Part shown: piece by piece, positions 36,950 through 51,123 of the stretch
Position numbering within the stretch: the stretch's first letter is position 1
Layout of the letters: each line of letters begins with the position of its first letter
Origin: Heptranchias perlo
Taxonomy: Eukaryota
Assembly: GCF_035084215.1 (NCBI RefSeq)
Contig: NW_027139729.1
Location: forward strand, 1,488,001 to 1,552,000
Length of the DNA stretch: 64,000 bases
Direction: 5' to 3'
Notes under the pieces: model-generated
What the model saw: the letters and a program-made list of their open reading frames with translations, nothing else
Database searches by the model: none
What the model was told of the DNA's origin: nothing
Program-made: the position numbers and the translations under genes

Positions 36950-39900
36950 TCCAAAATCACACTCTCAGATTGTCTATTTCACAAAGGGGCAAAATTAGCC
37001 ATGAATTAAATACCAGATAGAAATCACACATGGTACCCGATTGAAAGGTACAGAATGAATCCCAATAACGTTCCTCGAGATTCCTATTGAATTCGAGCCC
37101 AGAACTCTCACACACATGTGAGTTTAATACTTGCAGTATCCATTCAAATAGTGTACCATTCGAATACAAATTGCTAGTGCAAAACTCACGTACAGTATCA
37201 GATTGAGAAATGCTGTGACAGTGTAACCTGAGAAACAAATTAGATACCAGTTTATAATACACTCATAGTATGAGATTAAAAGATACTGTATCAATTCTGT
37301 TCATCCAGACTGAGATACACATTACACACGAGTCCAAAAATCTTATGAAATAAAATTTAAAGTTACAGAATCAATTCCTTTAGTGCAGACTGATCTACAC
37401 ATTACATACCAATTCACAATATAATTTTGAAAGATTCATTATCATTCACAATAGTAATCACGGAAATACACATTTAATACTCGTCCAAAAAGCACACAAA
37501 TTATCTGATTGAAACCTCCAGCATCAAATCCTAAAGTGTATCCATTTTGACCAATTAAATAATGTGAAAAACTATTTAAACATTTAAGACATTAAAGCTA
37601 CAGTATTGAACGCCATAATGTAATCTGAGAGAATAATTCCATACAGATACAGAATGAATCTCACACTCAGATACAGTACAGAGACACACAGACACAGAAT
37701 GAATCCCACACTCACATACAGTACGAGAGGTTGCCAGACATAAATTCAATCCCACACTGAAGTACGGTACAAGAGATGAAAGATACAGAATGAATCCCAC
37801 ACTGGCCATACAGTACCAAGGACTGACAGATATCAAGGTCATCCCACACTCTCATAAAGCACTAGAGACTTACAGGTAAAGTATGAATCCCACACTCAAA
37901 CATAGTACCAGAGACTGACAGATACAGATTGAATCTCACACTCACACACAGCACCAGAGACTGACAGATACAGAATGAATCCCACACTCACACACAGTAC
38001 CTGAGAACTGCAGATACAGAATGAATCCCACACTCACACACAGTACCAGAGACTGACAGATACAGAATGAATCCCAAACTCACACACAGTACCTGAGAAC
38101 TGCAGATACAGAATGAATCCCACACTCACACACAGCACCAGAGACTGACAGATACAGAATGAATCTCACACTCACACACAGTACCAGAGACTGACAGATA
38201 CAGAATGAATCCCACACTCACACACAGCACCAGAGAATGACAGATACAGAATGAATCCCACACTCACACACAGTACCTGAGAATTGCAGATATAGAATGA
38301 ATCTCACACTCACACACAGTACCAGAGACTGACAGATACAGAATGAATCTCACACTCACACACAGCACCAGAGAATGACAGATACAGAATGAATCCCACA
38401 CTCACACACAGCACCAGAGAATGACAGATACAGAATGAATCCCACACTCACACACAGTACCAGAGATTGACAGATACAGAATCAATCCCACACTCACATA
38501 CATTATGAGAAACTGCTTATATGGAAATAATTCAACACCCACACACAGTACTAGAGAATGTATATACAGAATGAATCCCACACTCAAATTGAGTACCAGA
38601 GAGTGACAGATACAGCATGAATCCCAAACTCACATGCAGTACCAGAGACTGAGAGATGCAAAGTGAATCTCACAGTCACCTATATTCGTGCAGGCTGAGT
38701 TACAAATTACTTACCAGAGCAAAAATCTCACAGTCACAGATTGAAAGATAACGTATCAATTCCATCAATGCAGGCTTGGTTGCACATTACGTACCAGTCC
38801 AAAAATCTCACAGTGTCAGATTGAAAGATACAGTGTCAATTCCATTAGTGCAGACTGAGCTACACATTAGAAACCACAACAACAAAACTGTTACAGATTC
38901 AGACTGAAATATACAGTATTCTATTCATGCAGACTGAGCTCCACATTATATACAAGTTCAAAAATGTCACCATATCAGTTTGGAAGATGCACAAATTCAC
39001 AATTGTTTTCCCATCGAGACAGATTTAATAGTAGTCCAAAAATAGATGCCCACATTATCTGATTATATCTGACAGCATTACATTTTAAAATATATCATGA
39101 TCTACTAATTAAAGACTGGGAAATAATATTCCAACATTAAGGTATTAAAGATACAGATTTGAACACCATACTGTAAACGGAAATACAAATTAGATACAGA
39201 TAAAGAATGAATCTCACACTCCGATAGAGTGCCAGAGACTGATATATGGAATGAATCCCAAACTCATACAATGTACCAGAGACTGACAGATTCAAAATGA
39301 ATCCCACACTCACACATTATCGCACAGACTGACAGATACAGAATTTCTCTCACTCATCTACAGCATCAGAAATTGTTAGATACAGAATGAATGTCTCACC
39401 CACACACAATACTAGAGACTGACAGATACAGAATGAATCCCACACCCACACACAATACCAGAGACTGACAGATACAGAAGGAATCCCTCATCCACACACA
39501 ATACCAGAGACTGACAGATACAGAATGATTCCCACACTCACATAGAGTACCAGGAACAGAATGAATTTCACTCACATACAGTAGCAGAAACTGACAGATA
39601 CAGAATGAATATCACAGTCACATTACTGCAGACTGAGTTACACTTTACTGACCAGTCCAAAGATCTCCTGGTGCCAGATTGAAAGATACAGTATAAATTC
39701 CATTAGTGCAGACTGAGCTACATATTAGATATATTGGTAAATACTCAGTATTATACTGAAATAAATAGTATCAATACCATTGGTACAGACTGAGCTACAC
39801 ATTATATACCAGTCCAAAAACCTCATAAATGAGCAGACAGGAAGATACAGTTTCTATTCTATTAGTACCGCCTGAGCTGTACAATACATACAAGACTGAA

Positions 39901-42290
39901 AATCCCATACAACATTAGACTGAACGATACAGTATCGATTTCATTAGTGCAGACTGAGCCACACATTATATAGCAGTCCAACAATCTCATATCCTATCAG
40001 ACTCAAAGATACAACATCAATTCCATGAGCACAGACTGAGCTACATGTTACTCACCAGTCCTAAAATCTCAGAGAATCAGATTGAAAGATTCAGTATCAC
40101 TTCCATTATTGAAGACTGAGCTACACATCACATTCCAGTCCAAAAATCTCATACAGTATCAGACTGATAGATAGAGTATCAATTCCTTTAGTTCATGATG
40201 AGCTCCATATTGCTTACCAGTCCAAAAATCTCACACAGTGTTCGACTCCGATACAGAATTAGTCCCATTATTGCAGACTGAACTGCACATTACATACCAG
40301 TCCAGTAATTTCACCATGAACAGATTGAGAGGTACATTGTCATTCACAATAGAGTTTAGAGATTAATATGTAATACTACTCCAAAACTCACACACATTCT
40401 TTGATTAAAGAAAATCAAAAGAAATCCATATTTACAAATTAAATAATCAACGGAGAACTATATATAATTTAAAGTATTAAAGATACAGTTTCAAATAAGA
40501 TACTGTAAACTGAAATAAGAATACAGAATGAATTCAGACTTGCACATTGTCTCAGAGACTGAATTACAGAATGAATCCCACACTGAGATAAAGTTGCAGA
40601 GAATGGCAGATACAGAATGAATCCCACATTCACATACAGCACCAGAGACTGACAGATACAGAATGAATCCATCACTTATATATAGTACGCCTGAGACTCA
40701 CAGATGCAGAATATACACTAAGCTCACAGTCAGTACCAGAGACTGACAGATATAGAATGAATCCTACACTCACATACAGTACCACGAACAGAATGAATCT
40801 CACTCACGCACAGTATCAGGGACTGACAGATATAGAATGAATCCCACACTCACACACCATACCAGGAACAGAATGAATCTCACTCATGCACAGTACCAGG
40901 GGCTGACAGATAAAGAATGAATCTCACACTCACAAACAGTACCAGAGACTGACAGATACAGAATGAAGCTCACACTCACATCTAGTACCAGAGACTGACA
41001 GATACAGAATGAATCTCACACTCACAAACAGTACCAGAGACTAACAGATACAGAATGAATCTCACAATCACATTACTGCAGAATGAGTTGCGCATTACAT
41101 ACCAGTCCAAAAATCTCATAGTGTCAGATTGAAAGATACAGTTTCAATTCCATTGGTGCAGACTGAGCGACATATTCGATATGTTGGTAATACTCATGTT
41201 ATACTGAAATAAACATTATCAATACCATTGGTACAGACTGAGCTACACATTACATACGAGTCCACAAACCCCATAAATGATCAGACTGGAAGGTATAGTT
41301 TAAATTCTATTCACACCAGCTGAGCTAAAATTATATAACAGCCCAACAATCTCATACAATATTAGACTGAAAGATACAGTATCGATTCCGTGAGTGCAGA
41401 CAGGGCCACAGATTATATAGCAGTCCAACAATGTCACAACATATCAGACTCAAAGATACAATTTCAATTCCATTAGCCGAGACTGAGCTATATGTTACTC
41501 ACCAGTCCAAAAGTCTCTCACAGTGTTAGACTCCGACACAGAATTAATCCCATTATTGCAGTCTGAGCTACACATTACATACTAGTCCAATAATTGCAAC
41601 GTGAACAGATTGAAAGGTACATTATCATTCACAATAGAGTTCAGAGATTAAGATGTAATACCACTCCAAAACTCACACACATTGTTTGATTAAAGAAAAT
41701 CGAAAAGTGTATCCATATTATCAAATCAAATACTCGACAAAGAACTGTATATAATTTGGAGTGTTAAGGATACAGTTTCAAGTACGATACTCTGAACTGA
41801 AATAAGAATATGGAATGAATTCAGACTTGCACATTGTCTCAGAGACTGAATTACATAATGAATCCCACACTGAGATAAAGCAGCAGAGAATGGCAGATAC
41901 AGAATGAATCCCACTCACACAGACAGTACATAGTTAATTCCACACTCACACACAGCACCAGAGACTGGCAGTGATGGAATTAACCTCACACTGACATAAA
42001 GCACCAGAGACTGTCAGATACAGAATAAACTCCACTCTCATATACAGTACCAGAGATAGACAGATACAGAATAAACCCCACTCTCATATACAGTACCAGA
42101 GATAGACAGATACAGAATAAACCCCACTCTCATATGCAGTACCAGAGACAGACAGACAGGTACAGAATAAACACCACTCTCAAAAACGGTACCAGAGACA
42201 GACAGATACAGAATAAACCTCACTCTCACATACAGTACCAGAGACTGACAGATACAGAATAAACCCCACTCTCATATACAGTACCAGAAA
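36950..42290. repeat. Composite satellite of 46-bp and about 81-bp related units in higher-order blocks
   Basis: 46-bp cccacactcacacacagtaccagagactgacagatacagaatgaat; about 81-bp ...gattgaaagatacagtatcaattccattagtgcagactgagctacacattacataccagtccaaaaatctc. Confidence 0.9.
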
Positions 42291-42564
42291 CTGACCTCGA
42301 CTGGACGTAAGCGAGAACTGTAAAAGAGCGGAACAAATTCACATTATCTGTCGTGGTTACAGAAACAGGACAGTGTGCAATGTGAGGAAAGTTTCTATCT
42401 GTAACTTTTACTCTCGTATTTTTGCACATTTTGACGGTGAAACATGAAGACAATTGATTCATAATAAAGTTTTTCTTTCACTCATTCGATAGTTGTGAAT
42501 TTGCCCCATTATATTTCACTGTACATTGCGCAGTGTTTCTCTCTGATTTCCCAGGACACGATTT

Positions 42565-43030
42565 ACATTGCTCCTCTACCCCATTTGGACTCTTATTTTC
42601 CAAGCAGTATGTGGCCTACTTATTCCCCCGAGCGAAATGCCCCACCTCACACCTTTCTATATTGAAATTCAATGGCCATTTACACGGCTGTTCTGCAAGT
42701 TTATTTTATCCCAGTCTTCCTCAGTATTGACAATACCCCCGAAATCAATTACAAGAATTTAACACAGCATTAGAAGTAGTGTTTGGTCTAACAAAATGTA
42801 CTTACAGCTCGTCTCCATTCCCAGTTTCTCCAAACCCCACCCGTGCAATATAATGTGAAGAATGAGTTTATCTTCTGTCCCTCTCTCATCTGTAAACTTC
42901 AATGACCCGGGGTTTGGGGACATCTACTGGCCGGAAGCAGAACTGCAACAGTTCGGAACAAATTGCTGAAACCGGACAATGTGCAGTGTGAGCGTGTTTG
43001 TGATTGGTGGCAGGTATTAAATCTGATTTT
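42565..43030 (+). repeat. Orphan copy of H2B upstream region
   Basis: Matches 47560-47992 and (inverted) 61310-61775; truncated before the proximal promoter. Confidence 0.85.
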
Positions 43031-43789
43031 TTTATACCTGTCCATTAAACTTTACTGTTTGTTACTGAACAGTAAACAGAGCCGGACAGAAAGGATGTGG
43101 GGAGTTATACAAAGAGCATCTATTGCAGGCATCAGGTGAGAAGTTTGAAGGACTCATTTTAAACAGCGGCTGTTTTGTTTCGGTTGAACTGTTCATTCCA
43201 AGGGAGAGGGAATTAGAAATCTGATGTGGGCAACGGTCCCGTCCCCATCGGTAGTCCCATTCATTGATCAGTGCAGCGGTTGGGTTGTGTCTGGATGTCA
43301 CTAAATTGTTGTAAAACAGCCCAACACACCTGGTGTGCAGAAGCTGAGTGCTGCAGGACTGCAGTGGAGTCAGACACTGACACTTTGTATCGCTGGTTTT
43401 CATTTGTGGTTATTACAATGATTATTAACAGAGATTCAATTGATCAGTTTTGTATTTTCTACTTCACCTGTTCTTGAATTACAAGACATACTTTTTCTTC
43501 CTACAGTTAAATCCTTGAAGGACCCAGAATCAGTGTGATGTTTACTCCACCCGGGGCACAAGGAGCAGTCAGTGCAGCCAGCTCCTTCTCACACACAGTA
43601 GGTACCTTATCACTCACAGAGCACAGAGACACAGACAAGTCATCAGTCCCACAATCTCAGACAGCAGAAATAGTCAGTCGCGCACTGATCCCAATCCAAC
43701 AGTCAAAGAGAGCAGGAGAGAAAGACATAATTTCCATTTCACAATGACTCAGTATCGCTGACCGGCAGATAAATATTTCCTAGTCCAAA

Positions 43790-45520
43790 ATCACACCCAC
43801 TATCAGATTGAAAGGCACGGTGTTAATCTCACATTCGTTCAGCCTTAGCTACAAATTAAATACCAGGTAGAACTGACACATGGTACTGATCGATAGATAC
43901 AGTATGAATCACAATAGTGTACTCCAAGATTCAAATTAAATACCAGCCCACAACTCACACACATTATGAGTTTAAAGATGCCATATTCATGACAATAGTG
44001 TACATTGAGATATAAATTAGATACCAGTTCAGATGTTACCCATATTTGACTCACATATGTCCAAAAACCTCATAGTGTCAGAATGAAATGTACAGTTTCA
44101 ATTCCTTTACTGCAGGCTGAGGTACACATTAGATACCAGTCGAAAATTCTCATACAGTATCAGATTGAAAGACACTGTATCAATCCCATTATTGCAGACT
44201 GAGCTATACATCACATACCAGTCCAAAAATCTCAGTGTCAGGTTGAAAGATACACTATCAATCCCATTAGTGCAGATTGAGCTGCACATTATATACCAGT
44301 CCAAAATTCGCATAAAGTATCGTACTGGAAGATACAATATCAATTCCTTTACTGCAGACAGAGGTTCACATTAGATACCTGTCCAAAAATCACATACAGT
44401 ATCATACTGAAATATATAGTATCGATTTGATTAGTACAGACTGCCCGACACGTTACATACCAGCACAAAAATCTCACACAGTGTCAGACTGGAAGATACA
44501 GTATCAATTCCATTAGTGCAGACTGAACTATACCTTACAAACCAGTCTAAATATATTGCGCAGAGTCAGACTGAAAGGCACAGTATGAATTCCATTAGTG
44601 CAGACTGAGCTACACATTATATACCGTCCAAAATTCACATACATCATCATACTGAAACAGACAGTGTGAATCCTATTAGTGTAGACTCAGCTACACATCA
44701 GAAACCAGTCCAAAAATCTCTCGCAGTGTCTGACTGAAAGTTAGAGTGTCAATTCCATTAGTACAGTCTGAACCACACATTTCATACCAGTCGAAAAATC
44801 TCATAGTGTCAGACTGAAAGATACAATATCAATTCCATTAGCCCAGACTGAGCTACACAATAAATACCAGTCCAATAATTTCACAGTAAAAGATTGAAAT
44901 GTACATTATCTTCACAGAGATTAAAATGTAATCCGACAACAAAACTCACACACGTTGTTTGATTAAAATAAAATCCGAAACTGTATCCATATTTACAAAT
45001 TAATGCTAGATGAAAGATTTGCATACATTAATGACTTAAAGATACAGTTTGAAACACCATACTGTAACCTGAAATAAGAATACAGAACGAATCCAGACTT
45101 GCACTTTGCCCAGAGACTGAGTTACAGAATGAATCCAAACTGAGATAAAATACCAGAGACTGACAGTCAAAGAATGAATCCCACACTCACAGATAGCACC
45201 AGAGATTGACAGATACAGAACGAATCCCACACTCACAAACATTCCCAGAGATTGACAGTCACAGAATGAATCCCACACTCACATACAGTACCAGAGACTG
45301 AGAGATACAGAATGAATCCCACACTCACAGACTGTGCTGGAGACTGACGGATACAGAATGAATATCACACTCACATACAGTACCAGAGATTGACAGATAC
45401 AGAATGAATCCCACACTCACAGACTGTACTGGAGACTGACGGATACAGAATGAATATCACACTCACAGACAGTAACAGAGACTGACAGACAGAGAATTAA
45501 TCCCACACTCACATGCAGTC
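43790..45520. repeat. Composite 81/46-bp satellite, second module copy
   Basis: Same units; followed by 45530-45785, which duplicates 42300-42565. Confidence 0.88.
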
Positions 45521-45892
45521 TGACATCTACTGGCCATAAGTGAGAACTGTAACAGAGTGGAACAAATTCACATTATCTGTCGTTGTTCCAGATTCAGGAC
45601 AATGTGTAATGTGAGGAAATAGTTTCTCTCTGTAACTTCTACTCTCGTACTTTTTCATATTTTGTCCGTAAAAAATTAGACAATTGATTCATAATAAAGT
45701 TTTTGTTTTGCTCATTCGAAAGTTGCCCCATTATGTTTCACTCTACATTGCACAAGATTTCTGTCTGATTTCTCAGGACTCGATTTATATTAATTCAAAA
45801 AACCGAACTGAAACACAAATAAAAACTGAGGGCAAATCTGCAAGTTTCAACGGCGACCGTCAAAAGTGAAAGGGATAAAATATAGAAAAAAT

Positions 45893-45990
45893 TAAAACCG
45901 AAAATGCTGGAAAGACTCAGCAGGTCCGGCAGCATCTGTGGAGAAGGGAAGCTCGGGTTAACGGTTCAGGACTATGACCCTTCTATAGAT
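45893..45990 (-). mobile_element. Degenerate Penelope-like terminal repeat fragment
   Basis: aaatgctggaaa.actcagcaggtc.ggcagcatctgtggag...ggttaacg.ttcag...gacccttc resembles a common shark repeat end as I recall it; hammerhead core decayed. Confidence 0.5.
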
Positions 45991-47091
45991 CAGAAAGGTT
46001 AATCCGACATAATTGAAATAAGGAACGGGAATCAGCAGAGGGAAAGACTTCAGAAAATCAATTAATTTCACTGAATCCGGGCAATTGTGTTCCGTATCCA
46101 CTGTGCAGATCAGGGCAAATAATAATACAAAGGATCAGAGTTAAATTCAACGTTATGGGAGAAATAAATGAATTTTAAAAGTATTTTATGTAAATTTGAC
46201 CCGTTTGTGTTTTGGAAACACTATCGCTCTGAACATCATCAAATTCGGTTCCAGTCTTGGTGTTTCTGAATTCAGCGAACTGGGATTCAAACCTGTTGGA
46301 ATTAACTGTTTGGAAGGCAGCTCACTCACCATTATAGCACCTGAGTTCACTCGGAGGGAGAAATAGAGTGTTTCTGTGGAGTTTCGGACTGAATTGCTCC
46401 ATTTGGTTTCTGGCACTTTAATCATAGACAATAAATAGTTCCCAAACATCAGCCCCTGAACAGACACAACAAGCTGATGGAGTTTCTCATTCTTTGATAT
46501 TAAATAAGGTGATGGCAAAAGCGAATGGAAAGAGGTTAGGAAGAAGTCACAAAAACAATTAGGGAAGCAAACAGGAACTACGAAATCAAATTATCAAGGA
46601 ATACAAAAAGAAATAGTAAATTATTCCACAGGCACAAAAATAACAAAAGGAAAATCAGAATATCTGAGGGCCACGAAGGAATGCACAAGATAAACTAACA
46701 GATAACGTCAGCGAAATGCCAGAAATATTGAATTATTACTTTCCTTCAGTATTTACCCGGGAGATTAACAGGGTGAACATGATATTAGGGGAAGAGGTCA
46801 ATAAAGATATCAAGACATTTAAGTTAGAAAGGGTGGTTAAACTCCTGGTCCAGATGGATTGTATCCGTGCATATTAAATGAAGCAAGGGAAGAGATAGCA
46901 GAGGCACTGTTACATATATAGAAAAAATCATCACAAAAAGGAATAGTGCCAGAGGACTGGATGACAGTTAATGTGATTCTTATATTTTAAAACAGGAGAT
47001 AGAACAAGTCCAGGGAACTATAGACCAGTTAACTAAAGGTCGGTGGTAGGAGTGATCATGGAATCTTTCACTCAATGCTGCAATAGAAAAA

Positions 47092-47316
47092 TTGTAAACA
47101 ATTTTACAACACCAAGTTATAGTCCAGCAATTTTATTTTAAATTCACAAGCTTTCGGAGGCTTCCTCCTTCGTCAGGTGAACGATGTGAAAATGACGAAG
47201 GAGGAAGCCTCCGAAAGCTTGTGAATTTAAAATAAAATTGCTGGACCATAACTTGGTGTTGTAAAATTGTTTACAATTGTCAACCCCAGTCCATCACCGG
47301 CATCTCCACATCATGA
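47092..47316. mobile_element. Penelope-like element remnant with inverted terminal segment and 14-bp target-site duplication
   Basis: About 86-bp inverted arms (47090-47175 / 47193-47278); ctgcaatagaaaaa at 47078-47091 and 47317-47330; empty site in paralog at about 62000-62015. Confidence 0.8.
47143..47181 (-). ncRNA. Minimal type I hammerhead ribozyme motif
   Basis: TTCAC-CTGACGA-A-GGAGG aag CCTCC-GAAA-GCTT-GTGAA: intact core, stem I, stem II and palindromic AAGCTT stem III. Confidence 0.7.
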
Positions 47317-48164
47317 CTGCAATAGAAAAACATCGAGAAACCGAAAATATAACAAAGAATAGTCAGCACGGATTTCAGAAAGGGAAGGTTTAACAGTTTG
47401 ACAGAAGGTTTGAAAGTTTAAATTATAGTTCAACATAACTTATCTGCTTTTCAATTCTACTCCTCCAGAAACAAACCTCTGTGTTTGCTATTTATGGACT
47501 TATCAACCTGTGTTGTTACTTTTAAAGATTTGTCAATCTGTACCCCTAAATCCCTTTACACTTCGACTCCATTTAGACTCTTATTTTCCAAGCAGTATGT
47601 GTCCTCCTTATTCCCCCGAGCAAAATGCACCACCTCACACCTTTCTATATGGAAATTCAAAGGCCATTTGCACCGCCTTTCAGCAAGCTTATCAAAGTCA
47701 GTATAGATAATACCCCCTAAATTCATTACAAGCATTTAATACAGCATTACAACTAATGTTTTATCTATAAAATGTTCTCCATTCCCAGTTTTTGAAAATC
47801 CCACTCGTGCAATATAATGTGAAGAATGAGTTTATCTTCTGTCCCTCTCTCATCTGTAAACTTCAATGACCCGGGGTTTGGGGACATCTACTGGCCGGAA
47901 GCAGAACTGCAACAGTTCGGAACAAATTGCTGAAACCGGACAATGTGCAGTGTGAGCGTGTTTGTGATTGGTGGCAGGTATTAAATCTGATTGGTTTCTT
48001 CAGATATCCAATCAGATCGATAAAGGAAAAATATTGTGACATCAGTCCCAATCACAATCATTGCCTTCCCCCATCCCTCATTACCATAGGGCTGTGGGGC
48101 TGCCTATTTAATCCGAGCTCGGAGCGGATTTGGGTCATTTCTGGGTCTGAAATTGAGTTTGAAA

Positions 48165-48539
48165 ATGCCTGAGGACAAGAAAGCAGCTCCCAAGAAGGGC
48201 GCCAAGAAAACCTTGAGTAAAGCACCAGCCAAGGGCGGCAAGAAGCGGAGAAAGTCGAGGAAGGAGAGTTACTCCATCTACGTCTACAAAGTGATGAAGC
48301 AGGTTCACCCCGACACCGGCATCTCCTCCAAGGCCATGAGCATCATGAACTCCTTTGTGAACGATATTTTCGAGCGCATCGCGGGTGAGGCTTCCCGCCT
48401 GGCCCATTATAATAAACGGGCGACCATCAGCTCCCGGGAGATCCAGACCGCCGTGCGCCTGCTGCTGCCCGGGGAACTGGCCAAGCACGCCGTGTCGGAA
48501 GGGACAAAGGCGGTGACCAAGTACACCAGCTCCAAGTAA
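48165..48539 (+). CDS. H2B: Histone H2B (replication-dependent)
   Basis: [12 protein letters not shown]...[26 protein letters not shown]...TKYTSSK, 124 aa. Confidence 0.99.
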   Translation: MPEDKKAAPKKGAKKTLSKAPAKGGKKRRKSRKESYSIYVYKVMKQVHPDTGISSKAMSIMNSFVNDIFERIAGEASRLAHYNKRATISSREIQTAVRLLLPGELAKHAVSEGTKAVTKYTSSK

Positions 48540-48575
48540 AACTCAACAATGCACTGAAAAAAAAATAAACACAAA

Positions 48576-48591
48576 GGCTCTTTTAAGAGCC
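48576..48591 (+). terminator. Histone 3' stem-loop
   Basis: aaa-GGCTCTTTTAAGAGCC-accca, followed by a purine-rich downstream element. Confidence 0.97.
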
Positions 48592-49509
48592 ACCCACAGT
48601 CTCTCTGAAGACGCTGTACCGACACCTCTGTATGGAATCATTTTACTGTAGATAGTTTGATACTAACTGTCTCTCTATAACTCTTGTGTTTTTGTAGTTT
48701 CTCTTGAAATCTGGAAGATTCTCATAATCACAGCCCGGTTTAATCTGTGTGTCGCTTTTTTATTGAGTCCCAATAACCAAAAACGTGTCCCTGATCCTCT
48801 CATTCCCGTTCATTTTCCACCCCTTCCCCCGTGTCTGCCCCATCAGAGCCGTTTTGAGGCGGTGGATTAGACTTCAGTCATTTCTTTCTCCTTTTCACGT
48901 TTGTTTGTTCATTATTCGGGAATATCACTTTCAAAACCGCAATCCTTTGTAAAGCAGCAACCCTGAAAGGGAATTCACACCGAGTACAGAATAGTCTAAA
49001 GGCTCTGTCACTGTTCGACTTCTTACACCAGGAGTCTCGGCTCCGGTTTCGATCGCGCTGCAGCTCCTGTGAACAGGGATCAATCCACAATCTGTGGTTT
49101 GTTACTTTTACAAAGATTGAGCTGGAATCTGTCCCGTTACAAAATGGGACTTTATTCCCGCCCGATTGAAAGCGAACGGTGAAAGAAGGCGGATTTTAAC
49201 CGGATTGTAAAAGATTCTGGAAGTTGTGACGGGAAATGTAGAAAAACAGAGTAAAAGGAGAGAAATTATTCAACCTTTGTCTTAAGGCGACATTATTTAC
49301 TAAATCCGCTTCTTGTGTTACAAATATATTGGCGGGCTTTTCAAATTTCAAAAAAACGGTTCACTTCGGGATTTTCCGCCTTTTCTCATTGCCGGCTGTT
49401 GATTGGTGAATAAAACAGCTCTCTGATTGGTATGTGCGTTCAACCAATGAGATTGAGAACAGATGGACCAATCACAATTTCCCCCACTGTTCTCCTCCAG
49501 AAGGTATAA

Positions 49510-49959
<450 letters not shown>

Positions 49960-49989
49960 AGCGGCCAAGATTTAATCTGATAACCCAAA

Positions 49990-50005
49990 GGCTCTTTTCA
50001 GAGCC
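49990..50005 (+). terminator. Histone 3' stem-loop
   Basis: GGCTCTTTTCAGAGCC-accca. Confidence 0.97.
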
Positions 50006-50534
50006 ACCCACTGTATTTATGAAAGGGCTGGTTACTGTCAGTCAAAGGACTTGATTCCGATTCGCGAAACTAACAATAACTTGTTAAACACAAATGATCC
50101 ATATCGGTCTGTTGCAGTACTCGCTTCCGGACCGCAGATGTCGCCAACCTCCAATAGATTGAAATTTGCAGTTTGTCTGGTGAATGAGACAAAATACCAG
50201 AACCGTCAGAATTGTTAACTGGGTGGGTGGGATGCAGAAATACCAGGGACGCTTGTTATTATTTACCGTCCCATCCTCGGACAACTCTGCCTCGGCTTGT
50301 TATTTTACCCAGATGTATACAACAGATGCTGAATGATCAGTTGTTTATTGTGTCAGCGATTACTGAATAAAGAATGTGTGAAATTTGTGTTTGGATGTGA
50401 GTGAGGTATTTATTCTGTCCCTGTCCGTCTGATATCTGCTCGCTCCCCTTTATACATTTCCCGTTTAAGCAAATTTCTCACGGCCCTGCCATTTCAACCC
50501 AGGAAATCACAGCTCTTTCCATCGCCGATTTGGT

Positions 50535-50550
50535 GGCTCTGAAAAGAGCC
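50535..50550 (-). terminator. Histone 3' stem-loop (H3)
   Basis: GGCTCTTTTCAGAGCC-acca on minus; aaagagct downstream element follows. Confidence 0.97.
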
Positions 50551-50583
50551 TTTGTTGCACTTGGTGCTGAAGCCGGGTCGGGT

Positions 50584-51123
<540 letters not shown>

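Larger units (their letters stand above)
46500..47700. mobile_element. Old CR1 fragments (plus to about 47390, minus 47420-47700)
   Basis: PGPDG, VPEDW, GNYRPV and SQHGF-like codons on plus; RT fragment on minus. Confidence 0.75.
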
